Source: Minisyncoccia bacterium
GTDB taxonomy: Bacteria > Patescibacteriota > Patescibacteriia > Magasanikbacterales > UBA922
NCBI GenBank assembly: GCA_042218115.1
Contig: JBDGRJ010000040.1
Location: 1 to 47,576, forward strand
DNA: 47,576 nucleotides
Direction of reading: 5' to 3'
Shown here: positions 33,506 through 45,900 of the stretch, piece after piece
Position numbering within the stretch: position 1 is the first letter of the stretch
Layout of the letters: each line of letters starts with the position of its first letter
Notes under the pieces: model-generated
Database searches by the model: none
Told to the model about the DNA's origin: nothing
What the model saw: only the letters and a program-made list of their open reading frames with translations
Translations under genes and position numbers: made by a program

Positions 33506-35623
33506 ATGGCACGAGAATATCCACTAGATCAAATTCGAAATATAGGTATAATGGCCCACATCGATGCTGGGAAAACGACTGCTACTGAACGTATTTTGTA
33601 CTATACCGGCCGCAAACACAAGATAGGTGAAACACATGATGGTGATGCTGATATGGACTGGATGGACCAAGAGAAAGAGCGTGGCATCACTATAACTTCT
33701 GCAGCTACGACTTGTTTTTGGGAGGATAATAGAATTAATATTATTGATACTCCCGGCCACGTTGACTTTACTGTAGAAGTTGAGAGATCGCTTCGTGTTT
33801 TAGATGGTTCGATTGCTATCTTTGATGCTTCTGCTGGGGTAGAGCCTCAGTCCGAGACAGTTTGGAGACAGGCTGATAAGTATGAGGTTCCTCGTTTTTG
33901 CTTTGCCAATAAGATGGATAAAACCGGTGCTGATTTTCAGATGACTTTAGACTCAATCGAAGAAAGGCTGACTGACGAAGCATATGCAATACAAATCCCA
34001 TGGGGTACCGAAGATGATCATAAGGGTGTGATCGATCTAATAGAAGAGAAGGCCTACACCTTTGAGGGTGATCACGGGGAAGAGGTAGTAGAACACGAGA
34101 TTCCAGATGAGTATGAGGGCCAAGTCGAGGAGTACAGAGGAAAGATGATGGAGAAAGTAGCAGAAGCGAGCGAAGAGATGATGGAAAAATATTTAAACGA
34201 TGAAGAGATAACTACAGACGAGATAAAAGATGCTATTAGAACTCTCGTGTTAGATGACGATATGTACCCGGTACTATGCGGATCGGCATTACATAATATC
34301 GGGATCCAACCTATGTTGGATGCTGTGGTAGATTATCTTCCTTCACCGAAGGATATACCGGCCAAGGAGGCTGAGCTAGTCGATACCGATGTAGAGGAGG
34401 AAGATACGGTAAAGGTGCATGCTGATGATGATGAACCCTTTGCAGCTTTGGCCTTTAAAGTAGCTACCGATCCTTATGTAGGAAAGCTGGTTTTCTTTAG
34501 AGTATATTCAGGGACCCTTGAGTCGGGAAGCTATGTGATCAATACTAATACCGGAGAAAAAGAGCGTATAAGCAGGATGGTACGTATGCATGCCAACAAG
34601 AGAGAGGAGGTAGATAAAGTACATGCCGGAGAGATTGCTGCTGCTGTTGGTTTGGATGATACTGCTACTGGAGATACTATTTGTTCAGAAGACAGAGAGC
34701 TCGTGTTGGAAAATATCACCTTCCCCGACCCGGTGATATCTGTAGCTATTGAGCCGGAAAGTAAAAAAGATCAAGAAAAAATGGGAACTGCTCTTCAAAA
34801 ACTGTCCGAAGAGGATCCAACTTTTGAGATCAGCAAAGATGAAGACACTTTACAAACAATTATATCAGGAATGGGTGAGCTTCACTTGGAAGTTATCCTC
34901 AAAAGAATGCAAGAAGAATTTGATGTCAATGCTGACATAGGTGAACCACAAGTAGCTTACAAAGAAACCATAAAAAGCAGAGCCAAAGGAGAGGGTGAAT
35001 ACATAAAACAATCCGGCGGTCGAGGTCAGTATGGTCATTGTTTGATTGAGATCGAACCATTGGATGTAGAAGAGGAAGAGGGTATTGAGGAAGAGGATGT
35101 GGAAGATGGCTATCTATTTGTGGATGATATTAAAGGTGGAGTCATACCTAGAGAATTTATCCCCTCGGTTAAAGAGGGTATTAAGGAGGCTATGGATAGA
35201 GGGGTTGTGGGTGGATATCCAATGGTCGATGTAAAAGCCAGATGTTATGATGGTAGCTTCCACGAGGTAGACTCATCCGAGGTGGCCTTTAAGATGGCTG
35301 CTGATAAAGCCTTTAAAAAAGCAGTAAAAGATGCGGACCCGGTGATGCTTGAACCGATTATGAAAGTAGAGGTTATTACCCCTGAAGATAATATGGGAGA
35401 TGTAATAGGTGATATAAACTCCAAACGTGGCAAAATCTTGGAGATGGGCGAACGAGGGAAGTCTAAAGTTGTTCGTGCGATGGTGCCTTTAGCTGAGATG
35501 TTTGGATATGCTACCGAGCTTAGGTCTATGACCCAGGGCCGAGGTGACTACACTATGGAGTTTGAGGAGTATCAAGAAGTTCCCAAGAATGTAGAGAGAG
35601 AAATTACAGGTGAAAGTAAATAA
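33506..35623 (+). CDS. fusA: Elongation factor G
   Basis: [30 protein letters not shown] and GELHLEV, 705 aa. Confidence 0.95.
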   Translation: MAREYPLDQIRNIGIMAHIDAGKTTATERILYYTGRKHKIGETHDGDADMDWMDQEKERGITITSAATTCFWEDNRINIIDTPGHVDFTVEVERSLRVLDGSIAIFDASAGVEPQSETVWRQADKYEVPRFCFANKMDKTGADFQMTLDSIEERLTDEAYAIQIPWGTEDDHKGVIDLIEEKAYTFEGDHGEEVVEHEIPDEYEGQVEEYRGKMMEKVAEASEEMMEKYLNDEEITTDEIKDAIRTLVLDDDMYPVLCGSALHNIGIQPMLDAVVDYLPSPKDIPAKEAELVDTDVEEEDTVKVHADDDEPFAALAFKVATDPYVGKLVFFRVYSGTLESGSYVINTNTGEKERISRMVRMHANKREEVDKVHAGEIAAAVGLDDTATGDTICSEDRELVLENITFPDPVISVAIEPESKKDQEKMGTALQKLSEEDPTFEISKDEDTLQTIISGMGELHLEVILKRMQEEFDVNADIGEPQVAYKETIKSRAKGEGEYIKQSGGRGQYGHCLIEIEPLDVEEEEGIEEEDVEDGYLFVDDIKGGVIPREFIPSVKEGIKEAMDRGVVGGYPMVDVKARCYDGSFHEVDSSEVAFKMAADKAFKKAVKDADPVMLEPIMKVEVITPEDNMGDVIGDINSKRGKILEMGERGKSKVVRAMVPLAEMFGYATELRSMTQGRGDYTMEFEEYQEVPKNVEREITGESK

Positions 35624-35659
35624 TTACTTAAAAGGTTTCATCTAAATTTTGTTAAAAGA

Positions 35660-35683
35660 CCCCGCCTACCAGGCGGGGATTTT
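35660..35683 (+). terminator. Rho-independent terminator after fusA
   Basis: CCCCGCC-TACCA-GGCGGGG followed by ATTTT. Confidence 0.7.
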
Positions 35684-35724
35684 GCTTGTAAAAAGCTTCT
35701 TTTTGCTATATACTGCCGATACAT

Positions 35725-36630
35725 ATGTCGGACTATAAATTATCACAACTAGATGAGCTCGAGGCTGAAAGTATTCATATCATTCGTGAAGCTGTTGCCG
35801 AGTCTGAAAACCCGGTGTTGCTCTCATCTCTGGGAAAAGACTCATCCGTCTTACTGCATCTTGCAAGCAAAGCTTTTGCTCCTGGAGATATACCCTTTCC
35901 GCTACTGCATGTTGATACCGGTTTTTTATTTAAGGAAATGATCGAGTTTAGAGACTATATCGAAGATGAATACGATGTGGAGGTATTGGTGCAGCAAAAC
36001 ACAGAAGACAGAGCTCAGCAACTAGAGGCGGAGGATGCGCACAGTGAGGAGTACATTTATCTAAAAAAGACAAAACCACTCTTAAATGCTCTCGAAAAGC
36101 ATGAGTTCGATTGTGCTTTTGGTGGTGCTCGTAGAGACGAGGAGAAGTCTCGAGCAAAGGAGAGAATTTTTTCAATCCGCTCGGAACATGGAGTATGGGA
36201 CCCGAAAGATCAGCGTCCGGAGCTGTGGCATCTATACAATGCAAAGCTTGCAGATCAGCAGAATATGCGTGTTTTTCCACTCTCAAACTGGACGGAGCTG
36301 GATGTGTGGCAATATATAAAAAGAGAACAGCTAAAGGTAGTGCCGCTATATTATGCCAAAGAGAGAAAGGTGGTTGAACGGGATGGTATGATCTTGAGTG
36401 TAGATGAGTTTGTCGAACCTAAACAGGAAGAGCAAGTAAAAAAAGAAATGGTGCGCTACCGAACTCTGGGTTGTTCACCTTCTACGGGTGCTGTCTATTC
36501 TGATGCCGAAACTGTTGAGGAAGTAATTCAAGAATTGAAGCAGTCCAATAAGTCCGAGCGCTCCAACAGAGCCATCGATGACAACTCAGAAAGTGCTATG
36601 GAAGACAAAAAGAAAGAAGGTTATTTTTAG
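35725..36630 (+). CDS. cysD: Sulfate adenylyltransferase subunit 2
   Basis: LDELEAESIHIIREAV and the PP-loop region SLGKDSSVLLHLA. About 300 aa, directly upstream of cysN. Confidence 0.9.
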   Translation: MSDYKLSQLDELEAESIHIIREAVAESENPVLLSSLGKDSSVLLHLASKAFAPGDIPFPLLHVDTGFLFKEMIEFRDYIEDEYDVEVLVQQNTEDRAQQLEAEDAHSEEYIYLKKTKPLLNALEKHEFDCAFGGARRDEEKSRAKERIFSIRSEHGVWDPKDQRPELWHLYNAKLADQQNMRVFPLSNWTELDVWQYIKREQLKVVPLYYAKERKVVERDGMILSVDEFVEPKQEEQVKKEMVRYRTLGCSPSTGAVYSDAETVEEVIQELKQSNKSERSNRAIDDNSESAMEDKKKEGYF

Positions 36631-36675
36631 TATCATTTATTTTTTATTTAGTCTATTTGCCAAAAGAAGTACCAC

Positions 36676-38478
36676 ATGCCGGAGACCAATAAAACACAAC
36701 TGATAAGATTGGTAGCAGCTGGTAGTGTAGATGATGGGAAATCTACTCTGATCGGTCGGTTACTCTATGACACTGACTCAGTATCTAAAGATCAAATCAA
36801 AGCTGCCAGAGAGGCAAGTGATCGTAGAGGAGAAGAAGAGATAGATCTGTCTTTGTTGACAGACGGTCTTGCAGCCGAGAGGGAGCAGGGTATAACTATT
36901 GATGTAGCTTATCGTTATTTTTCCCTGCCGGAGCGAAGATTCATTATTGCCGATGTTCCCGGCCACGAACAATATACTCGTAATATGGTGACCGGTGCAT
37001 CCACTGCAGATATAGGCTTATTGTTGGTTGATGCCAGCCAGGGGCTGACAAAACAATCCAAGAGACACTTATCCATTGCCTCACTTCTAGGTATACCGCA
37101 TATAGTAATGGTGGTAAATAAAATGGACTTAGTTGGCTATAGTGAGAATGAATTTAATGATATAAAGGAAGAGATTACAGGCTTTGTAGCTAAGTTAAAT
37201 ATACAAGACTTACAGTATATTCCAGTATCTGCTCTTGAAGGTGATATGGTAGTTAAGCGAGGAGAAAATATGGATTGGTACAATGGTCCTACAGTGTTAA
37301 GTTATCTACAAAACATTGCGGTAACTCCCGACAGGAATCTGGTGGATTTCCGGCTTCCGGTCCAGTATGTGCTAAACAATGACAAAGGAAGAGGTTACTC
37401 TGGTCGGATCGCTAGCGGTAGTATCAAGCAAGGGGAGGAGATTATAGTTTTGCCTTCAGAAAAAAAGAGTAAAATCGAACATATTACAGTTGCGGGCGAA
37501 CAAAGAGAAAAAGCCCAAACACCGGAGTCCGCTGCTATTTACCTTGAAGATGAGCTGGATATCTCCAGAGGTGATATGATCTCTAGAGTAGGCAACCAAC
37601 CTATAGAAGCTCAGAGGTTTCAAGCCCAGCTGTGCTGGATGAATGAAGATGAGCTTGAGCCGGACAAAACTTATATACTAAAACACAGCAGCAATACCAC
37701 CCGCTGTGAGGTTGATCTGCAATATAAATTAAATATAGATTCGCTTCATAGAGAAGAGGCGGATAGTTTAAGGCTAAACGAGATAGGAAAGGTATCTGTG
37801 ACTACACACCAACAAATTATGTTGGACCCTTATGAGAAGAACCGCAATACAGGCAATTTTATCTTAATCGATGGTCAAACTAAAAACACTGTTGCAGGTG
37901 GAATGATAATTCAGCCGATAGAGGGTGGTACAAGAGATAAACTAAATTTGAATCAATCAGCTACTCTTTGGTTTACAGGCCTCTCCGGGGCAGGCAAAAG
38001 TACCATTGCAAATAAGCTTAAAGAAAAATTAGAAGAGTATGGTATTAACTCTCAGCGTTTAGATGGGGACATATTGAGAGACTCTATCTGTAGTGATCTC
38101 GGATTTAGTGAAGAAGATCGGAGAGAAAATATAAAACGGGCAAGCTTTGTAGCCAAACTTTTGAGTCAAAATGGAGTATTGACTTTAGCTAGTTTCATCA
38201 CCCCCTACAAGGATCAAAGAGAAAGATTGAGACAGAAGATAGGGGATAAATTTATAGAAGTATTTGTCGATGCTCCGCTTGAGGTATGTGAGGAACGTGA
38301 TGTAAAGGGGTTGTACCAGAAGGCTAAGGAGGGTGAGATAGAAAACTTTACCGGCATTTCTCATCCTTACGAAGAACCTGAAAACCCGGATATACATTTA
38401 AAGACGGATCAGCAAGAACTTGATGGTTGTGTAAATAAAATATTAGAGTATTTGGAGGAAAATAATTACTTAAAATAA
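36676..38478 (+). CDS. cysNC: Bifunctional sulfate adenylyltransferase subunit 1 / adenylylsulfate (APS) kinase
   Basis: GTPase motifs GSVDDGKSTLIGRLL, DVPGHEQY and NKMD, then the APS-kinase P-loop FTGLSGAGKSTIA in the C-terminal ~180 aa. Confidence 0.9.
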   Translation: MPETNKTQLIRLVAAGSVDDGKSTLIGRLLYDTDSVSKDQIKAAREASDRRGEEEIDLSLLTDGLAAEREQGITIDVAYRYFSLPERRFIIADVPGHEQYTRNMVTGASTADIGLLLVDASQGLTKQSKRHLSIASLLGIPHIVMVVNKMDLVGYSENEFNDIKEEITGFVAKLNIQDLQYIPVSALEGDMVVKRGENMDWYNGPTVLSYLQNIAVTPDRNLVDFRLPVQYVLNNDKGRGYSGRIASGSIKQGEEIIVLPSEKKSKIEHITVAGEQREKAQTPESAAIYLEDELDISRGDMISRVGNQPIEAQRFQAQLCWMNEDELEPDKTYILKHSSNTTRCEVDLQYKLNIDSLHREEADSLRLNEIGKVSVTTHQQIMLDPYEKNRNTGNFILIDGQTKNTVAGGMIIQPIEGGTRDKLNLNQSATLWFTGLSGAGKSTIANKLKEKLEEYGINSQRLDGDILRDSICSDLGFSEEDRRENIKRASFVAKLLSQNGVLTLASFITPYKDQRERLRQKIGDKFIEVFVDAPLEVCEERDVKGLYQKAKEGEIENFTGISHPYEEPENPDIHLKTDQQELDGCVNKILEYLEENNYLK

Positions 38479-38489
38479 TCTAATTTTCA

Positions 38490-39302
38490 ATGAGCGAATA
38501 CAAACAAGAGTTGAAAGCAGTCAAATCCGCTGTCAAACAAGCAGGCGAAGCTGCGATGGAATATTATGGAGAAGATTTAGACCCCGATACTCACTACAAA
38601 GCGGACGATAGCCCGGTAACCAAGGCAGATCTTGCCGCCCAAAAAGCTCTGGAGAAGAAGCTTGATCAGTTCGGATACGGAATGTTGTCTGAGGAGAGAG
38701 CAGATGATAAGACAAGACTCAAAAAAGATGAGGTTTGGGTCATAGACCCACTCGATGGTACGAAAGATTTCTTGCAACAGACCGGTGATTTTTCGATCAT
38801 GGTTGCCCTTGCTGTAGAGGGGCAGATAAAGTTAGGGGCTGTTTATGTACCGGCCGAAGAAAAGCTTTATTTTGCACAGGAAAATGAGGGTGCATTTGTA
38901 CAACACTCGGACCAAGACCCTATCCCCATCAGCGTATCTATAGAGGATAGGCCACAGGATATGAAAATGTTAGTTAGCCGCAATCACCTATTAGAGCCGG
39001 AACAAAAAGCCGCAGAAAAACTGGGTATAGGAGAGATGATTCCATGCGGCAGTGCCGGTCTGAAGATCTCAAAAATCGCGGCAGGAGAGGCTCATATTTA
39101 TATAAACAGCTCTTCTAAGACTGATGAGTGGGATATTGCTGCAGGAGATATTATTCTCTCAGAAGCTGGAGGAGGGTTGACTGATTCGAAAGGGGAAAGT
39201 TTTGAGTATAATAAGAGAAATACAAAAAACGAGCTGGGCTATATTGCTAGTAGCGGAGAAATTCACAACGAGATCATAAAAGAGTTAACAAATCATATAT
39301 AG
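38490..39302 (+). CDS. cysQ: 3-prime(2-prime),5-prime-bisphosphate nucleotidase (CysQ) / inositol monophosphatase family
   Basis: IMPase-family motifs WVIDPLDGTKDF and DEWDIAAG. The CysQ assignment rests on the adjacency to cysDNC. Confidence 0.7.
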   Translation: MSEYKQELKAVKSAVKQAGEAAMEYYGEDLDPDTHYKADDSPVTKADLAAQKALEKKLDQFGYGMLSEERADDKTRLKKDEVWVIDPLDGTKDFLQQTGDFSIMVALAVEGQIKLGAVYVPAEEKLYFAQENEGAFVQHSDQDPIPISVSIEDRPQDMKMLVSRNHLLEPEQKAAEKLGIGEMIPCGSAGLKISKIAAGEAHIYINSSSKTDEWDIAAGDIILSEAGGGLTDSKGESFEYNKRNTKNELGYIASSGEIHNEIIKELTNHI

Positions 39303-39304
39303 CT

Positions 39305-39829
39305 TTAATCCTCTTGGTCATCAGATGGAGGGACATCAAATTCTTCTGTTCTCTTATAACCAGAACCTCTTCTGGTTTCTCCGAGTGGATCGGCATCCGG
39401 GTCTGTTTCAATAGTAGGACCTTGGTTTTCTGATACTGATTTTACTATTTTTTCAACAATATCATTCAATTTATCACAATTGTTATCTAATTCCCCCAGT
39501 GTTTCTTCGTGTTTATCTTTACTTAAAGCTTTACTAACCCCCCTTATAAGTTTACTTTTATCCTTTACTGTATTGAGAGAAAACCTTAAAGCATTAGTGA
39601 TAAAGAAATTTATAATCTCGATAGGTTTTTCTAAAATAGTATCAAAAAAAGCTTCTTCTTGTTCATCTATTATGTCATCTAATGAAATCCCTCTCTTTTC
39701 TGAGATAGTTGATAAAAGACCCCATACATCACCCGGACTTTCTGCTTCAAAGTTTTTCAAAATATTTACCCAGATAGATGTCGTTTCTAGATTTTGATCC
39801 TTTAAATTTGTCAGTCTCTCTCTATCCAA
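39305..39829 (-). CDS. Hypothetical acidic protein (174 aa)
   Basis: Clean minus-strand ORF filling the gap between cysQ and the giant gene. No family recognised. Confidence 0.55.
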   Translation of the reverse strand: MDRERLTNLKDQNLETTSIWVNILKNFEAESPGDVWGLLSTISEKRGISLDDIIDEQEEAFFDTILEKPIEIINFFITNALRFSLNTVKDKSKLIRGVSKALSKDKHEETLGELDNNCDKLNDIVEKIVKSVSENQGPTIETDPDADPLGETRRGSGYKRTEEFDVPPSDDQED

Positions 39830-39911
39830 ACTGATAGCTAAACGTGGTTCTAATACTAATAGATTTTTAATACCTTTAAGTGCAGTTTAAACTTATCAGC
39901 CTAATTATTTA

Positions 39912-42900
39912 ATGAAATTTACTTTCTTATCTAAATCTTCTCTGAGCAGAGTTTTAGCTCTTTCGGGTTTTTTCGTTGTTTTTTCTTTTCTTTTTGTGTC
40001 TTTCACTACTTCCGCAAGTGCTGCTACTATTGAGTGGGATGGCGGTGGTTCAGATGACAACTGGGATACTTCTGCAAATTGGTCTCCTGATGGTGCCCCT
40101 ACAGAATCAGACAGTGTCGTGGTTTCTGGTACGGTAAGTAATAAGAACATAGATATTAATACTACAGTTGATGTAAGTTCATTTACTGTTACTAACACCT
40201 ATAGTGGCACCATAACTGTAACCAATACACAGCCGGGAATTACAGTTTCTACTACTGATTTTGATGTAGATAGCTCTAATGCGGAGGTTGACTTTAATAC
40301 TTCTACAGTTGATCTCCAGGACTTTAGAATTAAAAGTGGTACCGTTAGCTCTACTCAGAACAATCTTAATATTGAGGGTATCTTAGATATTACTGGAGGC
40401 ACTTTTGATCATAATAATGGAACTACTACATTTGATACATATACCGGCCCTCTTACATCGACTACTATAAAAACAAATGGTGAATCATTTAATAATGTGG
40501 TTTTTGATGACCAAGACCCTTTAAATACTCAAGGTTGGAAGTTTAAAGATCCGGTCAATGTTTCCGGCACCTTCAAGATCGTTGATGGTGCTCCTGATTT
40601 AAATGGACAAAATCTAAAATTTGAGTCCTCTAACAACAAATTTGAAAACCAAGATATTTTCGGATTGAATGGAGGTGAGACATTAACTAATTTTACACCT
40701 GATACTGATTCTGGTACTACTACTTTTCAGGGGGCAACTTTAACCCAGACCTATACAATCGATAGCTCAATTGATGCTTTCCACAACCTCAAATTTAATG
40801 ATGTACAAGACCAGGACGACACATGGAATCTTTCTACAGATATATCTGTTTCGGGTAAGTTATTAATAAATCAAGGAATACTTTCCTCTAATAATAACAA
40901 CATCACTGTATCTTCCTCATGGGAGAATACGGGCGGAAGCTCAGCCACCTTTAATGAAGGAAATGATAAAGTAATTTTTGACGGAACTGGAAGCGATACA
41001 AATAATATTCAAGAACCGGGTAGTTTCAGTAAATTGACTCTTGACAGCGCAGCAAATGATACTTGGCAAATAAACTCAGGTGATGATTTATCCGTAACTA
41101 GCACTTTTAATTTAGATGGCGGCACTCTCGATCTGACTACTGGAGCTACTTCTACTTTTGCAAATTACAGCCAATCTGGTGGCACATTTAAAGGTGGTAG
41201 TGGAAATGTGGATATTAATGCGGGGAGTAGTTTTACACCTGGAGGAAACTTCACTGCACCTAGTGGCAAACTAGAACTGGCACCGCAGACAGTTGATTTT
41301 AGTAGTCTTAGTAGCTTTAATAATAACGGAGGAACAATTGAGCTAGACAATACTAGCAATAAACAAACCTTAATACCTGCCGGCTCAACCTCATTTGCAA
41401 ACTTTACTGTCAGTAGCACGGGGCAAACAACGGAGATAGCAACTAATAACTTAGGAGTGACAGGAACTTTAAAGATTAGTAAGGGTACTTTGGATGTTGC
41501 AACAAATAATATAGACACAACAGTGTCCGGAAGCTGGAAAAATACCGGCGGCAGCTTCAATGAAGGCAACCAGAAAGTCACTTTTGATGGTACTTCTGGA
41601 GGGCCGTACGATATTAATGAACCGGGTACCTTTAGTTCGATAGTCATTGATGGTTCTGGGGTGGAGTGGGATGCTACTACAAATAGAGTAAAAGCTACAG
41701 GTACCTTGGACGTAAAAGGGGGCACTTATGATGGTAACGGGCAAAATACATTAGTCTCTAGCACACTTACTATATCGGGGGGTACTTTTACAGGGGGAAC
41801 CGGCAAGGTAAATTTGGACAGTAATTTATCACAGACAGGAGGGACCTTAAATGCACCTTCCGGCGGCTTTAACGTAGCAGGAGATTGGAGTACTACAGGG
41901 GGTTCCTTTTCAGCAAACCTGGATACTGTGACTTTGGATGCTCAAAGTGGTGGGCCTCACAGCATAGATCTGGGTAGTGCCTCTTTTCATAATTTAACCA
42001 TTGATGATGGGGGCAATGGCCAAGAGTTTGATGTTTCTAATAATACCTTAGATGTCAATGGTGACTTAACTCTTAATAGTGGAACTTTAGATTCAAATAG
42101 TCAGAATATAGAAGTAGAGGCAGGATGGGACACTTCCAATGGTACATTTAAAGAAGGGTCTCAGAAAGTAGTTTTTGATGGTACCGGAGGTGGCACACCG
42201 AATATAAATGAATCCGGTTCATTTCATACTTTAGAGTTTAATGGTGGAAGTGGAACGGAGTGGGATGCAACTTCAGATTTCGATGTAGACAATACTTTAG
42301 AGATAAAGTCTGGCTCACAAACTTTTGATGCTTCCGGTCAAAAAATAGGGGTCACCAGCACTGTTACTCTGAATGGCGGCACATATAAAGCAGGCTCAAG
42401 CAAACAAACTTTTGCTGGTGGCCTGACGATCAGTGGTGGTACACTCAAAGGTGGAAGCAGTGGAGATATAGATATTGATGGAACAGTGGATTTAAGCAGC
42501 GGTAGCGGATCTTTTGTAGCTCCCGGAGCTACTGTAACTGTTTCCGGAACCTGGAAAAATGGTAGTGATATTTTTGATGAAGATACAAATATACCTAATA
42601 CGGTAAAATTTGATGATTCAAATAGCGCTGGACCAGATTATGACATAAATGAAAGTGGTGCTTTTCATAATCTTACTCTTGCTGGAAGCGAAACATATAA
42701 CATTAAGACCAATAACTTAACTACTGATAATAATTTGACTATTAGCGGTGGAACTCTAGATGCAGCCACTAATAATAAAGATATCACCGTAAAAGGTGAT
42801 TGGAATAGAACAAGCGGGGACTTCAAAGAGGGTACTCAGAAAGTAACCTTCAACAATGGGTCTACTGACCAAAAGATAAAAAGCAGTGAAACATTTAGTA

Positions 42901-45900
42901 AGTTAGTACTGGATAATAGTGGTTATGTAGTAGAGGACACAAGTAACAATGGCATTACTGCTGCTACTACTACTGTAAAATCAAACACCACCTTCAAACC
43001 TGCTGATGCTTCCACCTTTACCGGGCTATTTACTAATAGCGGCACCTTACAGCCCAAAAGCTCAGCTAATGTAAATGTGCAAGCAGACTTTGATAATGAT
43101 GGTACTTTTAATGCTAATGGAGGAACGGTGACCTTTAATGGTGCAAATACTCAGAATGTAAATATAGGTGGTAGTGCTTTCAATAATGTGACTATTGATG
43201 GAAATACAGTTCAGATAGCAACAAACACCTTAGACATTGATGGTAACTTGAAAATACAAAATTCAGGAGGTAGTCTTGATGCAAATACCAATAATCTTAA
43301 TGTACAGCTAGCTGGAGACTGGAATGGTGACTCAAATGATGGTAGTGATTTCGATGAAGGCTCCGGCTCGGAGAAAGTAACTTTTGACGGAAGCTCCAAC
43401 AAACAAACTATTAAAAATGGAGAAAACTTCAATGAGCTGTTGATTGATAATACTAATTCTTCGCCTGTTGTTAGCTCAACAAAGAATATAACTTCAGCCA
43501 GTACTACAGTGAAGAATGGTACTTTCCAGCCTTATGATGATTCTGACTTTAACGGCGACGTGACCATAAATAGTGGTGCGACTTTAGAGGCTTTGAGCAC
43601 TACTACTTTGACTGTATCGGGAACGTGGAAGAACTCGGGTACCTTCACATCCAACTCCGGCACTACTACTTTTGATGGAGTCTCAAATCAGAAGTTGACC
43701 GCAGGAGGGTCTGCTTTTAATAATCTGTTTGTTACCAGCAGTGGTAGTGTGGTTCCGCAAGATAAGCTAGATGTAGCCAGTGACCTAAAAGTTACGACTA
43801 GCTCTACCCTAGACTTAACCAATGATAATAATGTCACTACTACGGGAGATGTCATTATCAGAGGTGATGGTTCAGTTTCAAAAGGCAACGGGCTGTGGGA
43901 ATTCGATGGTTCCGGCACTAATACCCTAGAAGCAAATGGTGATAATCTGGGTGAGATAAAAATAGACGGCTCGTCAAAGACTGTACAGCTTGCCAATACA
44001 TCTGCTCAGGTAACGACTGCTACTATAAAGGGAGATGATGAACTGGACTTAAACGGGCAGGATCTTACTGTAGATAATGATGTTGTAAATGATAATGTAT
44101 TTAAGCTGCACGGAGACGAGAGTGTGACTATAAACGGCAGTTATGATAATGATAGCGGTACGACCACTTTTGATGGCGCTGTGAGCGCAACTATACCTTC
44201 TAGCTTAACCAGTGTAAACCATATAAGGTTTAACAATGGCAGTGGAACCTGGACATTACCGAGTAAATTAGATACGGAAGGGGATGTATCCATAGATGCG
44301 GGTACACTCGATGTCGACTCAAGTAATGATTATAAAATAAACATAGCAGGAGACTGGGATAGCTCAGGTGGTACTTTTGAGTATCGGAATGGTACGGTTG
44401 AATTTGATGCGACAGGCAGCGCTACACAAACAATAAAAGGGTCTGAATTCAACAATTTAACCAAGACTGTATCTAGTACACAAACCTTTGAATTAACTAC
44501 TTCCGCTACTACAACTGTTCATAATACCACGACCCTAAAGGGTGAGTCCGGCAATCAACTAAAACTCAGAAGCGACAATGCGGGAAACAAAGCTAACTTT
44601 GCCGTAGATAAACTTAAGCAGGACTTGGATTATGTAGACATTCAGGATGTAGATGCTTCAGTGAGCAATACTCTCTATTGTGTAAATGGATGTACTGATA
44701 GCGGTAACAATAGTAATGTTGTGTTCAATGTGAATGTAAGCTTTGCCAAATCTTCCGATAGTGGCGGAGAAAGTCAGTCTAAAAGCTTCAAATTGGAGCT
44801 GTCTGAGCCTTACTTTGTGGAGGATGTCAATATAGATTATATTGATACCCCCGTTACTGCTTCAGATAGTGATTATAGCATGGACACCTCTACAGTGACT
44901 ATTGCAGCTGGGAACAAAAGCACTACTACAAAAAAGCTAAACCCGGTCAATGACTCAATAGAGGAAAATGATGAAACGATAGATATCTCTATTAGCAGTA
45001 CTTCTCCGGGTTACACAGACTTAACCACTACAACTCCTGACATCTTGACTTATACTATTACTAAAAATGACCAAAGCACAAGTGGTGGCTCTTCTTCCGG
45101 AGGTGGAGGATCCTCTTTTGGGGCTAGTGGAGACAGCACTTCAAATGTAAGCAAGACTCAACAAGGAGAAAAAGAGGGGGCGGTTGTGATAAATGGTGGT
45201 GATGAGGTTGCTGATAAAAGAAAAGTAACCATAGAATTTAATGTTGCTAATGCTGAAAAGGTTGCCCTATCGGAAGATAGAGATTTTGTCGGTGTCAGTT
45301 ATGCTGACTTTCCTTCTAATAATAAAGCGAGCTTTATGCTTTCAGAAGGTGCGGGTGAGAAAACTGTCTATGCTAAGCTTCGAGATTCAGAAGGCTCCAG
45401 TAAGGTCGAATCTGATAGCATAATTTATTCTCCTGATGGAAAAAAGGTTGAGCTAGAACCAGAACAACCAAAGAAAGAGGAAAAAGTAATATCGGACGAG
45501 CTCAAATCAGGTCAAGCTTACACCTACCCAGGAACAAATGCTGTTTATTATATAACCCAAGAAGGCACGAAAAGACCATTTAAGAACCCTGATGTTTTCT
45601 TCACATACTTCGATTCCTGGGGAGATGTAGAAGTAGCAGATCGAGATGATCTGATAGGCGTACCTGATGATGACTTGGGCTTTATGCCTTGGGGGCCAAA
45701 GAAAGAGTTTAAGTCCGGTTCTATGATTAAGACTGTTGATGATCCTAAAGTATATTTGATTATTAATGATAAAAGGTATTGGATTGAAAATGGACAGATA
45801 TTTAAAGAACTTGGTTATGAGTGGAGTATGATCACTGACGTCGACCCTAGAGTAATGGATAAGTTTGAGTTGGGTGAGTCTATAGACTATACCGACCACC

